The translations under genes and the position numbers were made by a program. 64,000 nt of DNA from an uncultured Gammaproteobacteria bacterium (lineage in GTDB: Bacteria; Pseudomonadota; Gammaproteobacteria; Pseudomonadales; Pseudomonadaceae), in NCBI GenBank assembly GCA_945612235.1, contig CALZAE010000003.1:10203-74202 (forward strand), read 5' to 3'. Positions 41,536-52,075 of this stretch are shown one piece after another (position 1 is the first letter of the stretch; the number at the start of each line of letters is the position of its first letter). The notes under the pieces were generated by a model. It was not told the origin of the DNA. It saw nothing but the letters and a program-made list of their open reading frames with translations, and searched no databases.

Positions 41536-42255
41536 ATGCGCCGTGCTTTACTTTTTATTCTGGCCGCATTTACTTTACCCGGCACTGTTATAGCAGCAGA
41601 CTTGCAGCCCTTCTCTGCCAGTTACACTGCAGACTGGAAGCAACTGCCCTTTAGCGGTAAAGCCGAACGTAGCCTCAAGCAACAAGAGGACGGGACTTGG
41701 AAGTTGGATTTTTCTGCATCCATGTTAGTCGCCAGCCTCAATGAGACCAGTTGGTTAAGCTTAGTTAACGGTGATGTCCAACCCAACCAATACCGCTATG
41801 CACGCAAAGGCATGGGTAAAACTAAAAAAATCAAACAAGATTTTGATTGGACAACTCAGCGTGCTACCGGCGTGGATCGTAAATCCCCCATTAACGTGAC
41901 CTTAATCCAAGGCGTACAAGATAAGTCCTCTTACCAATTGGCCTTACAGCGCGATATTGCTGAAGGCAAAACCAGCATGTCGTACCAAGTGCTCGACGGT
42001 GATGATTTAGATACCTATGACTTTCGCGTCCTAGGCGAAGAAGAAGTCAAAACGGTCGTTGGTACAGTTGACGCCATTAAAGTTGAGCGCGTGCGCGACC
42101 CAACCCAAAGTAAGCGTATTACCATTTTATGGTTTGCTAAAGACTGGGATTATCTGCTCGTACGCCTGCAACAAGTTGAAAGTGATGGCAAGGAGTACCA
42201 AATCATCCTCGAAGATGGCATGGTCAATAACAAAACAGTGAAAGGTCGCAGCTAA
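41536..42255 (+). CDS. DUF3108 family exported protein
   Basis: Signal peptide, PFSASY, DKSSYQL, LWFAKDWDYLLV; usual gene after purN in Pseudomonas. Confidence 0.85.
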   Translation: MRRALLFILAAFTLPGTVIAADLQPFSASYTADWKQLPFSGKAERSLKQQEDGTWKLDFSASMLVASLNETSWLSLVNGDVQPNQYRYARKGMGKTKKIKQDFDWTTQRATGVDRKSPINVTLIQGVQDKSSYQLALQRDIAEGKTSMSYQVLDGDDLDTYDFRVLGEEEVKTVVGTVDAIKVERVRDPTQSKRITILWFAKDWDYLLVRLQQVESDGKEYQIILEDGMVNNKTVKGRS

Positions 42256-42278
42256 CTCTACCACTCCCCCTCCCAGAT

Positions 42279-42298
42279 GGCGGTATTTATATACCGCC
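42279..42298 (+). terminator. Hairpin after purMN-DUF3108
   Basis: GGCGGTAT-ttat-ATACCGCC; no clear U tract. Confidence 0.45.
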
Positions 42299-42308
42299 CG
42301 ACTCAACC

Positions 42309-42349
42309 TTGATACCCATCAACTCTTTTAATGCCCAACACGCTATACT
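42309..42349 (+). promoter_or_regulatory. Anr/FNR-type box with class II promoter
   Basis: Perfect TTGAT-ACCC-ATCAA at 42309-42322 and TATACT at 42344-42349. Confidence 0.8.
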
Positions 42350-42404
42350 TAAACCTTAAATATATAAATACATTATATTAAACGTGTTTAAGGAGTTACC
42401 CAAC

Positions 42405-42842
42405 ATGGCATTAAAAACATTGCGCGCAACGGGTGAAATGAACGCCGGCATGACTATTGAAGTCATGTGTGGCGAACATAAAGTGTATATGGATCAACCT
42501 AAAAATGCTGGCGGTGCAGACTTAGGTCCTGCGCCACCTGAGTTGATTCTTGCTGCTTATGCAGGCTGTGTAGGTAGCTTAGGCCGTATTATTGCAATGC
42601 AAGACAAAATTAAATTGCATGGTATGACTTTTGAAGTTGAAGCAGATTACGACCCAGATTGCTTACTCGGTCGCGAAACCACCGCTCGTGCTGGTTTTCA
42701 GGAAATGCGTCTTAAGGTTAAGATTGATGCAGACCTTGACGATGCTGGCAAACAAGCCTTCCTTGATAAAATCGAAGCGCGCTGCCCAGTCGGTGACAAC
42801 TTGATTAACGCAACGACCTTGGTCACTGTACTAGACAAGTAA
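42405..42842 (+). CDS. OsmC/Ohr superfamily protein
   Basis: DQP..GGADLGPAPPEL...AGC and RCPV cysteines; AAGGAG RBS. Confidence 0.88.
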   Translation: MALKTLRATGEMNAGMTIEVMCGEHKVYMDQPKNAGGADLGPAPPELILAAYAGCVGSLGRIIAMQDKIKLHGMTFEVEADYDPDCLLGRETTARAGFQEMRLKVKIDADLDDAGKQAFLDKIEARCPVGDNLINATTLVTVLDK

Positions 42843-42889
42843 GTCACAACTCAGGTATCAGCTCGGCTGTTTTACGCTGAAGGATACTT

Positions 42890-42932
42890 AGGCATAAAAA
42901 AACCGCGAATCAATCGCGGTTTTTTTATGCCT
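42890..42932. terminator. Bidirectional Rho-independent terminator (OsmC / htpG)
   Basis: AGGCATAAAAAAACCGCGA-atcaa-TCGCGGTTTTTTTATGCCT. Confidence 0.92.
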
Positions 42933-42940
42933 GTGAAAAC

Positions 42941-44845
42941 TTAGCGGCTGAGTTCAACCAGTAGCTTATTCAAACGCTGCACATAAGCGGCAGGGTCTTT
43001 TAGGCTATCACCAGCGGCCAAAGCAGCCTGATCAAAGAGTATCAGTGACAAGTCAGCAAAGCGCTCGTCATCGGTTTCCGCATCCAATTTTTCAACCAAG
43101 CTGTGTGCCGGGTTAATCTCAAAGATCGGCTTAGACTCTGGCACTTTCTGGCCGCTGGCTTCCAGAATCTGGCGCATCTGCAAACCTAAATCTTGCTCAC
43201 CTATCGCCAAAATTGCCGGTGAATCAGTTAAGCGATGTGATACACGCACATCAGCAACTTGATCACCAAGAGCTGTTTTTAGGCGTGTGACTAAGGCTTC
43301 TTTGCTCTTAGCAACTTCATCTTGTGACTGCTTGTCTTCTGCACTATCTAACGCGCCCAAATCTAAATCACCACGCGCCACATCGACAAAGATCTTACCA
43401 TCAAACTCAGTCACATAACTCATCAACCACTCATCAATGCGGTCAGTCAGCAACAGCACTTCAATACCTTTCTTGCGGAAGACTTCAAGGTGCGGGCTGT
43501 TTTTTACCTGCGCATAGCTTTCACCGGTTAAGAAGTAAACCTTGTCCTGACCTTCAGTCATGCGCGCAATATAGTCGCTCAAACTTACAGTTTGCTCGTC
43601 ATTGCCATTGTGGGTTGACGCAAAGCGCAACAGACCGGCAATCTTCTCTTTATTAGAGAAATCTTCAGCTGGGCCTTCTTTGAGTACCTGACCAAAAGCA
43701 CTCCAGAACTTCGCGTAATCTTCTGGACTCTTCTTCGCCATTTTCTCCAGCATATCCAGCACACGCTTGGTCAGCGCTGATTTCATGCTGTCGATCACCG
43801 GATCTTTTTGCAGAATCTCTCGCGATACGTTCAAGGATAGATCGTTAGAGTCGACAATACCTTTGACAAAACGCAAATACAGCGGCAAGAACTCATCGGC
43901 CTGATCCATAATAAATACGCGCTGCACATAGAGCTTTAAGCCACGCGGTGCTTCGCGCTGATACAAATCAAAAGGTGCGCGAGTCGGCACATAGAGCAGT
44001 GAAGTGTACTCAAGCTTACCCTCAACTTTGTTGTGGCTCCAGCTCAGCGCATCTTCAAAGTCATGCGAAACGTGCTTATAGAACTCTTGATATTCTTCGT
44101 CTTTAATTTCAGTGCGCGGGCGTGTCCACAGTGCGCTGGCACGGTTGACCACTTCCCACTCAGTATTCACCGGTGCATCGGCTTCGTCACCTGCTGCTTC
44201 TTTAGGCAACTCAATTGGCAAGGCCACATGGTCAGAATACTTTTTAATCACGTTACGCAAACGCCAGCCGTCAGCAAATTCGCTTTCGTCTTTCTTTAAG
44301 TGCAGAACAATGCGGCTACCGCGCTCAGCTTTCTCGATGTTAGACAAGTCAAACTCGCCCTCACCTTCTGAACTCCACAGCACACCTTCAGAAGCGGCTA
44401 AGCCAGCGCGACGGGTAAAAACTTCAACTTTATCAGCGACAATAAAGGCCGAGTAGAAACCTACACCAAACTGACCAATCAGCTGCGAGTCTTTCTTGGC
44501 ATCACCCGACAGGTTCTTAAAGAATTCGGCCGTGCCTGATTTAGCAATGGTACCCAAGTGATTGATCACATCATCACGACTCATACCAATAGCATTATCT
44601 TCAATGGTGAGTGTATTGGCCTCTTTGTCAAAGCTGATGCGGATTTTCAGCTCTGAGTCATTCTCTAACAGCTCAGGAGCAGACAGCGCTTCAAAGCGCA
44701 ATTTATCTGCCGCGTCCGAGGCGTTAGAAATCAACTCACGTAGAAAAATTTCTTTATTTGAGTACAACGAGTGAATCATCAAATGCAGCAGTTGTTTAAC
44801 TTCGGTCTGAAAACCTAATGTTTCTTTTTGTGCTTCAACAGCCAT
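42941..44845 (-). CDS. htpG: Chaperone HtpG (Hsp90)
   Basis: [33 protein letters not shown]; GGAG RBS before ATG 44845. Confidence 0.98.
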   Translation of the reverse strand: MAVEAQKETLGFQTEVKQLLHLMIHSLYSNKEIFLRELISNASDAADKLRFEALSAPELLENDSELKIRISFDKEANTLTIEDNAIGMSRDDVINHLGTIAKSGTAEFFKNLSGDAKKDSQLIGQFGVGFYSAFIVADKVEVFTRRAGLAASEGVLWSSEGEGEFDLSNIEKAERGSRIVLHLKKDESEFADGWRLRNVIKKYSDHVALPIELPKEAAGDEADAPVNTEWEVVNRASALWTRPRTEIKDEEYQEFYKHVSHDFEDALSWSHNKVEGKLEYTSLLYVPTRAPFDLYQREAPRGLKLYVQRVFIMDQADEFLPLYLRFVKGIVDSNDLSLNVSREILQKDPVIDSMKSALTKRVLDMLEKMAKKSPEDYAKFWSAFGQVLKEGPAEDFSNKEKIAGLLRFASTHNGNDEQTVSLSDYIARMTEGQDKVYFLTGESYAQVKNSPHLEVFRKKGIEVLLLTDRIDEWLMSYVTEFDGKIFVDVARGDLDLGALDSAEDKQSQDEVAKSKEALVTRLKTALGDQVADVRVSHRLTDSPAILAIGEQDLGLQMRQILEASGQKVPESKPIFEINPAHSLVEKLDAETDDERFADLSLILFDQAALAAGDSLKDPAAYVQRLNKLLVELSR

Positions 44846-44899
44846 CTGTATTAACTCCATAGTTACTTAAACAAGCCACGCGGGCTGGCGATGTAGTGA

Positions 44900-44927
44900 A
44901 TATGGGGCGCATTTGCCAAAATACAAC
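44900..44927 (-). promoter_or_regulatory. Sigma-32 (RpoH) promoter of htpG
   Basis: Minus strand reads GTTGTA-N14-CCCCATAT. Confidence 0.75.
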
Positions 44928-45164
44928 TGCACAACAACTAAGCAACGGAACTTTCAGTAGAAAAACAGTCTGTATATCAGTGAAACATATACCATGCTGC
45001 GCTCACCACAGCAGGCATATGCGATTGATGAGTGTTGGTACTGACATCATCTGCAGCAATATAACGCTATAGCAACGCAAGCCTACCATCACACTCATGA
45101 TGTGTAATAATGACCAAGTATTTAACTTAAATACTGTGCTTTTACCAACAATGGAGATCTACAT

Positions 45165-45629
45165 ATGCAAAAGCCTTTTGTTACTGCCCTTCTACTAGCT
45201 GCTACTTTGGGTTTGGCTGCTTGTGATAGCGAGCCACAAGACAAGTTAGACGCGGCTAAAGAATCTTTATCTGATGCAGCCGAATCTGTACAGGACGCAG
45301 CTAAAGAAACTCAAGCAGCTGCTGAGCAAAAACTTGAGCAAATGTCTGAACAAACTCCCACGAGCGAAGAAGTGATTGAAGCCGCTAATGATGCAGCAGC
45401 AGAAGCTGCGGACAACACTGAGCAAGCGCTTGGTGATGCAGCCGACGCAACTGAAGAAGCTGCTGGCGACACTAAAAGCAAGCTAGACACTGCCGCTGAA
45501 AATGTTAAAAACAGCGCCAAAGAACTTCAACAAGACGCTAAAGACGCTGCAAGCAAACTGAAAGAAGAAAGCAAAAACCTTGCCGCTGAAGCTAAAGAAA
45601 AGTACAACGAAGCAACTAAAGCAGAGTAA
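45165..45629 (+). CDS. Ala/Glu/Asp/Lys-rich low-complexity lipoprotein
   Basis: GGAG RBS, lipobox LAA-C, helical low-complexity body. Confidence 0.8.
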   Translation: MQKPFVTALLLAATLGLAACDSEPQDKLDAAKESLSDAAESVQDAAKETQAAAEQKLEQMSEQTPTSEEVIEAANDAAAEAADNTEQALGDAADATEEAAGDTKSKLDTAAENVKNSAKELQQDAKDAASKLKEESKNLAAEAKEKYNEATKAE

Positions 45630-45648
45630 TTTCGACTGTTTGTTACAT

Positions 45649-45681
45649 ATCCGCCTTGTGCTCACACAGCACAAGGTGGAT
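45649..45681 (+). terminator. Hairpin after lipoprotein gene
   Basis: ATCCGCCTTGTGCT-cacac-AGCACAAGGTGGAT (one G:U pair). Confidence 0.55.
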
Positions 45682-45774
45682 AAAACAGCAGCACTGCCCG
45701 TCACCCAGCCCCCCTAACTCTCCCTGCGCATGACCTTTAAGTACTACAAAAACACAAGCCACACATCGGCATCC

Positions 45775-45820
45775 TATACAGCCTGATTGACTTGTACAGG
45801 TATATGTATATTCTTATACA
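45775..45820. promoter_or_regulatory. Putative LitR operator upstream of DUF523/1722-phrB
   Basis: TATACA(45775)-N12-TGTACA(45793), plus TGTATA(45805) and TATACA(45815). Confidence 0.7.
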
Positions 45821-45849
45821 CATACTCTACAACCCGTAAAGCTTACCTT

Positions 45850-46809
45850 ATGACCACTGCAAAAAATCGTATCAAAGTTGGCATCAGCGCCTGCTTACTC
45901 GGCGCTCCCGTGCGCTTTAATGGCGGACACAAACAATCGCACCTGTGTAAAACAGTTCTGGCGCAATATTTTGAATATGTCTCTGTATGCCCAGAGCAAG
46001 CCATTGGTTTGGGTACGCCACGTGAGCCCATTCGCCTAGTGGGTGACACCTTAAAGCCGCGCGCGGTCGGTACAGTTAATAGCGAGCTGGATGTCACCGA
46101 TGAGCTCACAGCTTACGGGCAGCAAACAGCTGCGCAACTCACTGATCTGTGCGGTTTTATTTTGATGCAGAAATCGCCATCCTGTGGCATGGAGCGCGTT
46201 AAAGTGTACCAATACAGCGGCCACACCGCTGAGCATGGCGGTATCGGCTTGTTTGCTGCAGCACTCATGCAAGCACAACCTAATTTACCCGCTGAAGAAG
46301 ATGGACGCTTAAATGATCCAGTACTGCGGGAAAATTTTATGACCCGCGTGTTTGCCTACGCCCAATGGCGCGAACTGCTCAACACTGGCCTCACCCTAAA
46401 GAAACTCTATGATTTTCATGCACGCTACAAATATCAACTGATGGCCAACAGCCCAGCTGATTGCACCGCTTTGGGTCGTATGCTGGCCAATAGCAAGAAA
46501 GAGCGCCTGGGTATTTTAGCCAACAACTACTTCAGTTTATTTATGTCTGCACTGAAGAAAATCGCTAATCGCGGCAGCCATACCAATGTATTGCAACACC
46601 TCAGCGGTTATATTAAAAAATCACTCGATAGCGACGACAAACGTGAGCTGCAAGCTCTTATCCAGCAGTATCGCAATGGTATCGTGCCTTTGATTGTGCC
46701 TTTGACACTGCTCAAGCACCATTTTAACCGTCATCCAGATCGCTATATTGCCGAACAAGTGTATCTACAACCGCACCCTGAAAACCTCAGTCTGCGCAAT
46801 GCAATCTAA
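45850..46809 (+). CDS. DUF523-DUF1722 fusion (YbgA/RudS-type thiouridine desulfidase)
   Basis: SACLLG, VCPE, KSPSCG Fe-S ligand motifs; EEDGRLND, FHARYKY, NVLQHLSGY, YLQPHPENLSLRN. Confidence 0.9.
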   Translation: MTTAKNRIKVGISACLLGAPVRFNGGHKQSHLCKTVLAQYFEYVSVCPEQAIGLGTPREPIRLVGDTLKPRAVGTVNSELDVTDELTAYGQQTAAQLTDLCGFILMQKSPSCGMERVKVYQYSGHTAEHGGIGLFAAALMQAQPNLPAEEDGRLNDPVLRENFMTRVFAYAQWRELLNTGLTLKKLYDFHARYKYQLMANSPADCTALGRMLANSKKERLGILANNYFSLFMSALKKIANRGSHTNVLQHLSGYIKKSLDSDDKRELQALIQQYRNGIVPLIVPLTLLKHHFNRHPDRYIAEQVYLQPHPENLSLRNAI

Positions 46810-46859
46810 ACATATTTTAAATTTGTCAATATGACTCACCAGCCTTTCAGGGTATAGGT

Positions 46860-48293
46860 ATGCAGCAACTTATTTGGTTTCGTAACGATCTTCGTATCAG
46901 CGACAACAGCGCTTTACACGCCGCCTTACAAGCAGGTCCTACGGTCGCAGTGTTTCTACTCAGCCCTGGGCAATGGCTGGCACATGATGCTGCTGCCTGC
47001 AAAATTGATTTTATTTTACGCAACTTAGTTGAGCTAGAAAAAAATCTCGCAACGCTGAATGTGCCCTTGTTGATTCGCACTGCTGACCAGTGGCAGCAAG
47101 CCCCTGAAGTGTTGGCAGAGCTGTGCCAGCAACTGAATATCAGCGCCGTGCATGTCAATACCGAATATGGCATTCACGAAAGCCAGCGTGATATGGCTGT
47201 AGGTACTGATTTAGTTGATCAAGGTGTGTTATTTCATAGCCACTTGGATCGCATTTTATTTAAGCCTGGAACAGTGCTGACTCAATCAGGCACATATTTT
47301 AAGGTGTTTAGCCAGTTTCGAAAAATCTGTTATCAGTATTTATACGAGCAAATACCTGCCTGCCTCGACACACCGCAAGCGCAAGCCGCGCTACGCATCA
47401 ATAGCGACCCCATCCCCACTCAAGTTGCTGGCTTTGCTGCTATTGAGCCTGAACGCCAACTTTTATGGCCTGCAGGTGAAACCGAAGCCCAGCGTCGTCT
47501 GGCATTATTTAGCCAAGCTGCACTGACTGATTATGCAGAGCAGCGTGATCTGCCAGCCAAAGCGGGTACCAGCCAGATATCTGCGTATTTGGTTGCTGGG
47601 GCGATCTCCATTCGCCAATGCTTGCATGCAGCATTAGCGGCTAATCAAGGGGAATTTGCTACCGGTAATCAAGGCGTGGTGACTTGGGTTAGCGAGCTAT
47701 TATGGCGTGAGTTCTATGTGCACATTTTAGTCGGTTACCCACAGGTTTCGCGCCATCGTGCCTTTAAACCTGACACTGAAGCTTTGGCGTGGCGTCACTC
47801 GCCTAAAGAGCTGCTCGCTTGGCAAGAAGGCCGCACTGGTATTCCGATTATCGATGCCGCCATGCGCCAGCTCTTAGCCACCGGCTGGATGCATAATCGT
47901 TTACGTATGATTGTGGCGATGTTTCTAACGAAAAATCTGCTGATTGATTGGCGCGCAGGTGAGCGCTTTTTTATGCAGCATCTCATTGATGGCTGTTTAG
48001 CAGCCAACAATGGCGGCTGGCAGTGGAGCGCCTCCACAGGTACCGATGCCTCGCCTTACTTTCGTGTGTTTAACCCCGTCAGCCAATCACAACGCTTTGA
48101 CCCAAATGGTGATTTTATTCGCCGCTGGGTGCCTGAACTCAAGCATCTCAGCGCGAAAGAAATTCATCAACCTAAGCTGCTGTCAGGCTTATTTGGCACT
48201 GCTGACTACCCCAAGCAAATGGTTGATTTATCGTCAACCCGTCAGCGTGCTATTCAAGCCTTTAAAGACTTGGCCAGCACTGCACAGTCTTAA
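46860..48293 (+). CDS. phrB: Class I CPD deoxyribodipyrimidine photolyase
   Basis: [54 protein letters not shown]. Confidence 0.96.
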   Translation: MQQLIWFRNDLRISDNSALHAALQAGPTVAVFLLSPGQWLAHDAAACKIDFILRNLVELEKNLATLNVPLLIRTADQWQQAPEVLAELCQQLNISAVHVNTEYGIHESQRDMAVGTDLVDQGVLFHSHLDRILFKPGTVLTQSGTYFKVFSQFRKICYQYLYEQIPACLDTPQAQAALRINSDPIPTQVAGFAAIEPERQLLWPAGETEAQRRLALFSQAALTDYAEQRDLPAKAGTSQISAYLVAGAISIRQCLHAALAANQGEFATGNQGVVTWVSELLWREFYVHILVGYPQVSRHRAFKPDTEALAWRHSPKELLAWQEGRTGIPIIDAAMRQLLATGWMHNRLRMIVAMFLTKNLLIDWRAGERFFMQHLIDGCLAANNGGWQWSASTGTDASPYFRVFNPVSQSQRFDPNGDFIRRWVPELKHLSAKEIHQPKLLSGLFGTADYPKQMVDLSSTRQRAIQAFKDLASTAQS

Positions 48294-48326
48294 TCAGGCA
48301 GACTGTGCAGCACAACCGCGACCTAT

Positions 48327-49655
48327 TTAGGTAACGGTTGTACGCGCCTGATAACGATCAATCACCACCAATACCAAAACCACTACAGCACTGGGTAGTA
48401 ACCAGCCCATTTGTTGCTCTGCTAAAGGCAAACGGCTAAACACCTCAGGTACCCAAGCTGAAAAACCTGCCGCTGATAAACCATCCACTAAGCCAAACAC
48501 TAAGGTAACCAGCATAGTGCCGCGAAAGACCAAAGCACTGGATTTCCAGCAGCGATTGAGCAAGCTGAGCACCACTAAGACAATAGCTAATGGATATAAT
48601 CCGGTTAGCACGGGCACTGAAACTTTGATTAACTGCTGCAAGCCTTGGTTGGATACCAGCCAACTAAACAGCACAAAAAAGATCACCACATACTTATAAG
48701 CAATATTGAACAAGCCATTAAAAAACTCACCACAGGCCACTAACAAACCGACCGCCGTCGTTAAACAGGCTAAAGCAATCACTAAAGCTAAGAGTAAATT
48801 ACCCACAGGTCCAAACACATGCTGCACATAAATGGCTAAAACCTGACCGCCGTTTTGCGCTTCACTGGCAATCCCCTGACTGGTAGCACCCAAATAAAAT
48901 AACGATAGATACACCGCTGACAAGCCCACCGCAGCAATTAAGCCAGCATAAATCGAGTAACGCGTGACCAGTCGCTCTGATTGCACACCTTTGCTACGCA
49001 ATGCAGTAGCAATCACCACACCAAAGGCTAAAGCGCCCAAAGCATCCATAGTCAGATAACCATGCAAAAATCCCTGCAAGAATGCTTCTTCTTGATAGAT
49101 GGCAATAGCCTGCCCCACATCACCGGCAGGCTTAAAGAAAGCCGCACCACCCAATACCGCCAATGCCAGCAGCAGTACAGGGGTAATCAGAGTACCGATA
49201 CGATCAATGATTTTATTTGGATTAATAGCCAGATGCAGCACCAAAGCAAAGTACAAGCTGGAATAGAGCAGTAAACCCCCACTGCTGCTACCAAAAAATG
49301 GCACCACACCGATCTCATACGACACCACTGCAGTACGCGGCGTGGCAAAGAAAGGACCAATAGCTAAATACACAGCCATCGCCAGTGCAGTCCCTGCAAT
49401 ACGTCCTAAAGGCTGGGTTAAGGCTGTTAAACCACCGCCCACGCGCGCCAGCGCCACAACTGTCAATAAGGGTAATCCCACCCCCGTCATCAAAAAGCCC
49501 AGCGCTGCGCGCCAGACTGTCTCGCCAGCAGCTAATCCTGACTCAGCAGGAAAGATAATATTGCCCGCGCCTAAAAACAGTGCAAAGGTCATAAAGCCCA
49601 GTGCAAAAACATCACGCCGACTTAAGTAGGGTGATGTCGCTGTTGAGGTATTCAT
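48327..49655 (-). CDS. brnQ: Branched-chain amino acid transport carrier
   Basis: FALFLGAGNIIFP, ATPRTA, GYLTMDAL, ACLTTAVGL; AAGGA RBS before ATG 49655. Confidence 0.95.
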   Translation of the reverse strand: MNTSTATSPYLSRRDVFALGFMTFALFLGAGNIIFPAESGLAAGETVWRAALGFLMTGVGLPLLTVVALARVGGGLTALTQPLGRIAGTALAMAVYLAIGPFFATPRTAVVSYEIGVVPFFGSSSGGLLLYSSLYFALVLHLAINPNKIIDRIGTLITPVLLLALAVLGGAAFFKPAGDVGQAIAIYQEEAFLQGFLHGYLTMDALGALAFGVVIATALRSKGVQSERLVTRYSIYAGLIAAVGLSAVYLSLFYLGATSQGIASEAQNGGQVLAIYVQHVFGPVGNLLLALVIALACLTTAVGLLVACGEFFNGLFNIAYKYVVIFFVLFSWLVSNQGLQQLIKVSVPVLTGLYPLAIVLVVLSLLNRCWKSSALVFRGTMLVTLVFGLVDGLSAAGFSAWVPEVFSRLPLAEQQMGWLLPSAVVVLVLVVIDRYQARTTVT

Positions 49656-49994
49656 CGGAGTCCTTAAACATATGTGTCTAATTAAGCTAGTAAGTCTAAA
49701 GCACTGAAGGGATTCTACAAAGCAATTAAGGCTAGCCTGTGCGCTAGACGGCTTTCTCTCGCCAGTATCATGCACAGACCTCAGGCTTAACATACTGCGT
49801 TGCGCAGCGACTGCAATCCGCCGATGCCAGTACCCTACTCAAGACCGACAGGCACACATTTTCCGCCAAAGCAGCAGTAGATAATAAGAGTTGAAAGAGC
49901 GTTTTCATTCGGCTGATCCTTGAGTTTTGCAAAACGAACGAGTTAGTCTGAGTATGTGACTCGCAGAACAAAACCCATCCCACGAGGAATTACC

Positions 49995-50375
49995 ATGAGT
50001 GATTTAATTATACCCAGCCACTGGAAAATCAGGCGTTCAACACACTTTTTCACCAAAGACAATATCCCCTCAGCACTACTCACCCATCACAACACCGCCG
50101 AAGGCGTTTATGGACAAATTTGTGTGATGCAAGGCACTGTCACTTTTTACGGCTTTGCTAATGAAGTAGACACCACAGCAGAAAAAACCGTGGTAATTCA
50201 GGCCGGCGAGTTTGCAGTGAGCCCGCCGCAATATTGGCACCGCGTCGAGTTAAGCGATGATGCACAATTTAATATCAACTTCTGGGCAGAACCCGACACC
50301 CAAAGTAAAGCGCTATTTAAAAGCTCGCGCATTCATAATCAGCCCATTGAAAAATTATTTGAGCAGGCAGAGTAA
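49995..50375 (+). CDS. DUF1971 (YeaR/TehB N-terminal-like cupin) protein
   Basis: RSTHFFTKDNIPSALLTHHNTAEGVYG, PPQYWHRVEL; GAGGA RBS. Confidence 0.85.
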   Translation: MSDLIIPSHWKIRRSTHFFTKDNIPSALLTHHNTAEGVYGQICVMQGTVTFYGFANEVDTTAEKTVVIQAGEFAVSPPQYWHRVELSDDAQFNINFWAEPDTQSKALFKSSRIHNQPIEKLFEQAE

Positions 50376-50443
50376 GGATCAAACCTTTTGCACAGTATCC
50401 TTGGGGCGATGACGACCGCTACAGAGCGCCCTCGCCCATTGGA

Positions 50444-50758
50444 TTAAATAAGCTGTGATATTTCATAGGCCAAAGCAAAATCTCTTTTCGAGATACCACC
50501 GGCATCATGAGTGGTGAGACTGATCGCTACCTTGTTATACACATTGAACCATTCTGGGTGATGATCAGCTCTCTCAGCGAGCAGCGCCACTTGAGTCATA
50601 AAACCAAAGGCAGCAATAAAATCCGTAAATTTAAAAGCTCTATAGAGTTTATTGTCCTGAATACTCCAAGCTTGCTCAGCGCTGTGATTGAGCTTGGCCA
50701 ACGCTGTATCAATTTGGCTTTGACTGTATTTTTCTAGCATATGCACCTCTACACGCAT
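50444..50758 (-). CDS. Pterin-4-alpha-carbinolamine dehydratase
   Basis: [24 protein letters not shown] signature; true start is either 50758 (TAATG overlap) or 50740 (GAGG RBS). Confidence 0.93.
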   Translation of the reverse strand: MRVEVHMLEKYSQSQIDTALAKLNHSAEQAWSIQDNKLYRAFKFTDFIAAFGFMTQVALLAERADHHPEWFNVYNKVAISLTTHDAGGISKRDFALAYEISQLI

Positions 50759-51360
50759 TAAGTCTTAGGGGTCACTATGCGCAGACTCTTCACCCAGATC
50801 AACTCGCAAGCACCGCCACCGGTATCGTCTCGCGTCAATGAAGAGCGCCAGCGCCACTGATTGTCAGTAGACAGCACATTCACCAAACTGCCTGACATCT
50901 CAACAATATCGCCAGGTCGTACCTTACCCAGCGCATGCTTGACCGAGATATTCTCTGGAATCACATGCATATTGGCGCTGTGCGTTTCTATCTCACGCTG
51001 AGGTATTGGCAATGCAGCGACCCGCCAAAAATAAAACCGCCCAGATTGCGAGATTTTAATCTGCTCGAGTACAGTCTCATCCGACATTCTGCCCCAGCCC
51101 AAAGCCAAGTCTGTCGGCGATAACTGCGCACCACGATCAAAGCTATAGTTTTTCTTGGCCAAAACTTTGGCGGTAATCTTAAAACTTGCCAACTCAGTCA
51201 ACTGGTAAGCATCAACCTGCTGAATAATAGGCGTCTGCAGCATCTGCTGTTGCGGCTCTGCGGGCGCCATAACACCAGGACCTAGCTGCACCTGACCTGT
51301 ACGCTGATACAAGGTCCAGCTTGCAGTGATGACCAACAACCAAAAAAGTAATTTTTTCAT
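50758..51360 (-). CDS. Exported hypothetical protein
   Basis: N-terminal signal/TM segment; motif-like [33 protein letters not shown]; no function assigned. Confidence 0.75.
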   Translation of the reverse strand: MKKLLFWLLVITASWTLYQRTGQVQLGPGVMAPAEPQQQMLQTPIIQQVDAYQLTELASFKITAKVLAKKNYSFDRGAQLSPTDLALGWGRMSDETVLEQIKISQSGRFYFWRVAALPIPQREIETHSANMHVIPENISVKHALGKVRPGDIVEMSGSLVNVLSTDNQWRWRSSLTRDDTGGGACELIWVKSLRIVTPKT

Positions 51361-51471
51361 GCGTCACACATCAAGAGAGAACGCTAAGGGAGTGGGCGGT
51401 AATAGAGGATCAAAACACACCCCTTATTAGTACAGCAACATACTACAGAGGTGCTAATCGGAAAACACGAC

Positions 51472-51493
51472 GGGTCTAAAAGGCTTTAGACCC
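51472..51493 (-). terminator. Hairpin downstream of the DUF3297 gene
   Basis: GGGTCTAAA-aggc-TTTAGACCC. Confidence 0.6.
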
Positions 51494-51526
51494 CTTCAAT
51501 CAAACCACCTAGAGTGACTTGATGAC

Positions 51527-51775
51527 TTACTTATAAAAGGCTTCAACAGTACCTTTCAAAGTGATCAACAGCGGCTGACCACGGCGGTCTTTTGCTTTAG
51601 GTGATGGAAATTTAACCCAACCTTCACTGATGCAATACTCTTCAATATCAAAACGCTCTTTGCCATTGAGACGAATACCAATACTGTGATCAAAAATTTC
51701 TGCAATATGGTGCGGGCTATTCGGATGACCCGAAAGGCGATCAGGTAAAGCAGGACGTGATGTTGTGTCGTTCAT
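51527..51775 (-). CDS. DUF3297 family protein
   Basis: LPDRLS..P.SP, GIRLNGKER..IEEYCISEGWV, LKGTVEAFY. Confidence 0.85.
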   Translation of the reverse strand: MNDTTSRPALPDRLSGHPNSPHHIAEIFDHSIGIRLNGKERFDIEEYCISEGWVKFPSPKAKDRRGQPLLITLKGTVEAFYK

Positions 51776-52075
51776 ATTGGATCCAGCATAAATAAAAGTG
51801 CACTATTGTAGTCAAAATAGGCCTAACGCTCAACAAATAGCGTTTAGTGCAGGTATTTAAATACTCTTTAAATGATTGCAGTTGGGCAGTTTACTTAGAG
51901 TCTAAACCCGATGCACTACAACGCAGAACAACGCAGAGTAGCAAACGAGTCGACAAGCCAGGATGCCTGTACCAAGCTCGATGAACTGTTGGCCCAGATA
52001 CCAGTACAGCACAGCCGTTTCGATAATAGTTTATGATAGCCAACCCCTCTATATCCTTAAATACATACTCTGATC

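Noticed and set aside
45787-45849. Upstream TTG/GTG extensions in the ORF track (also 1367, 8155, 9155, 11961, 19124, 24973, 49793)
   Set aside because: Downstream ATGs fit an RBS or the family N-terminus better, and several extensions run through operator or promoter DNA.
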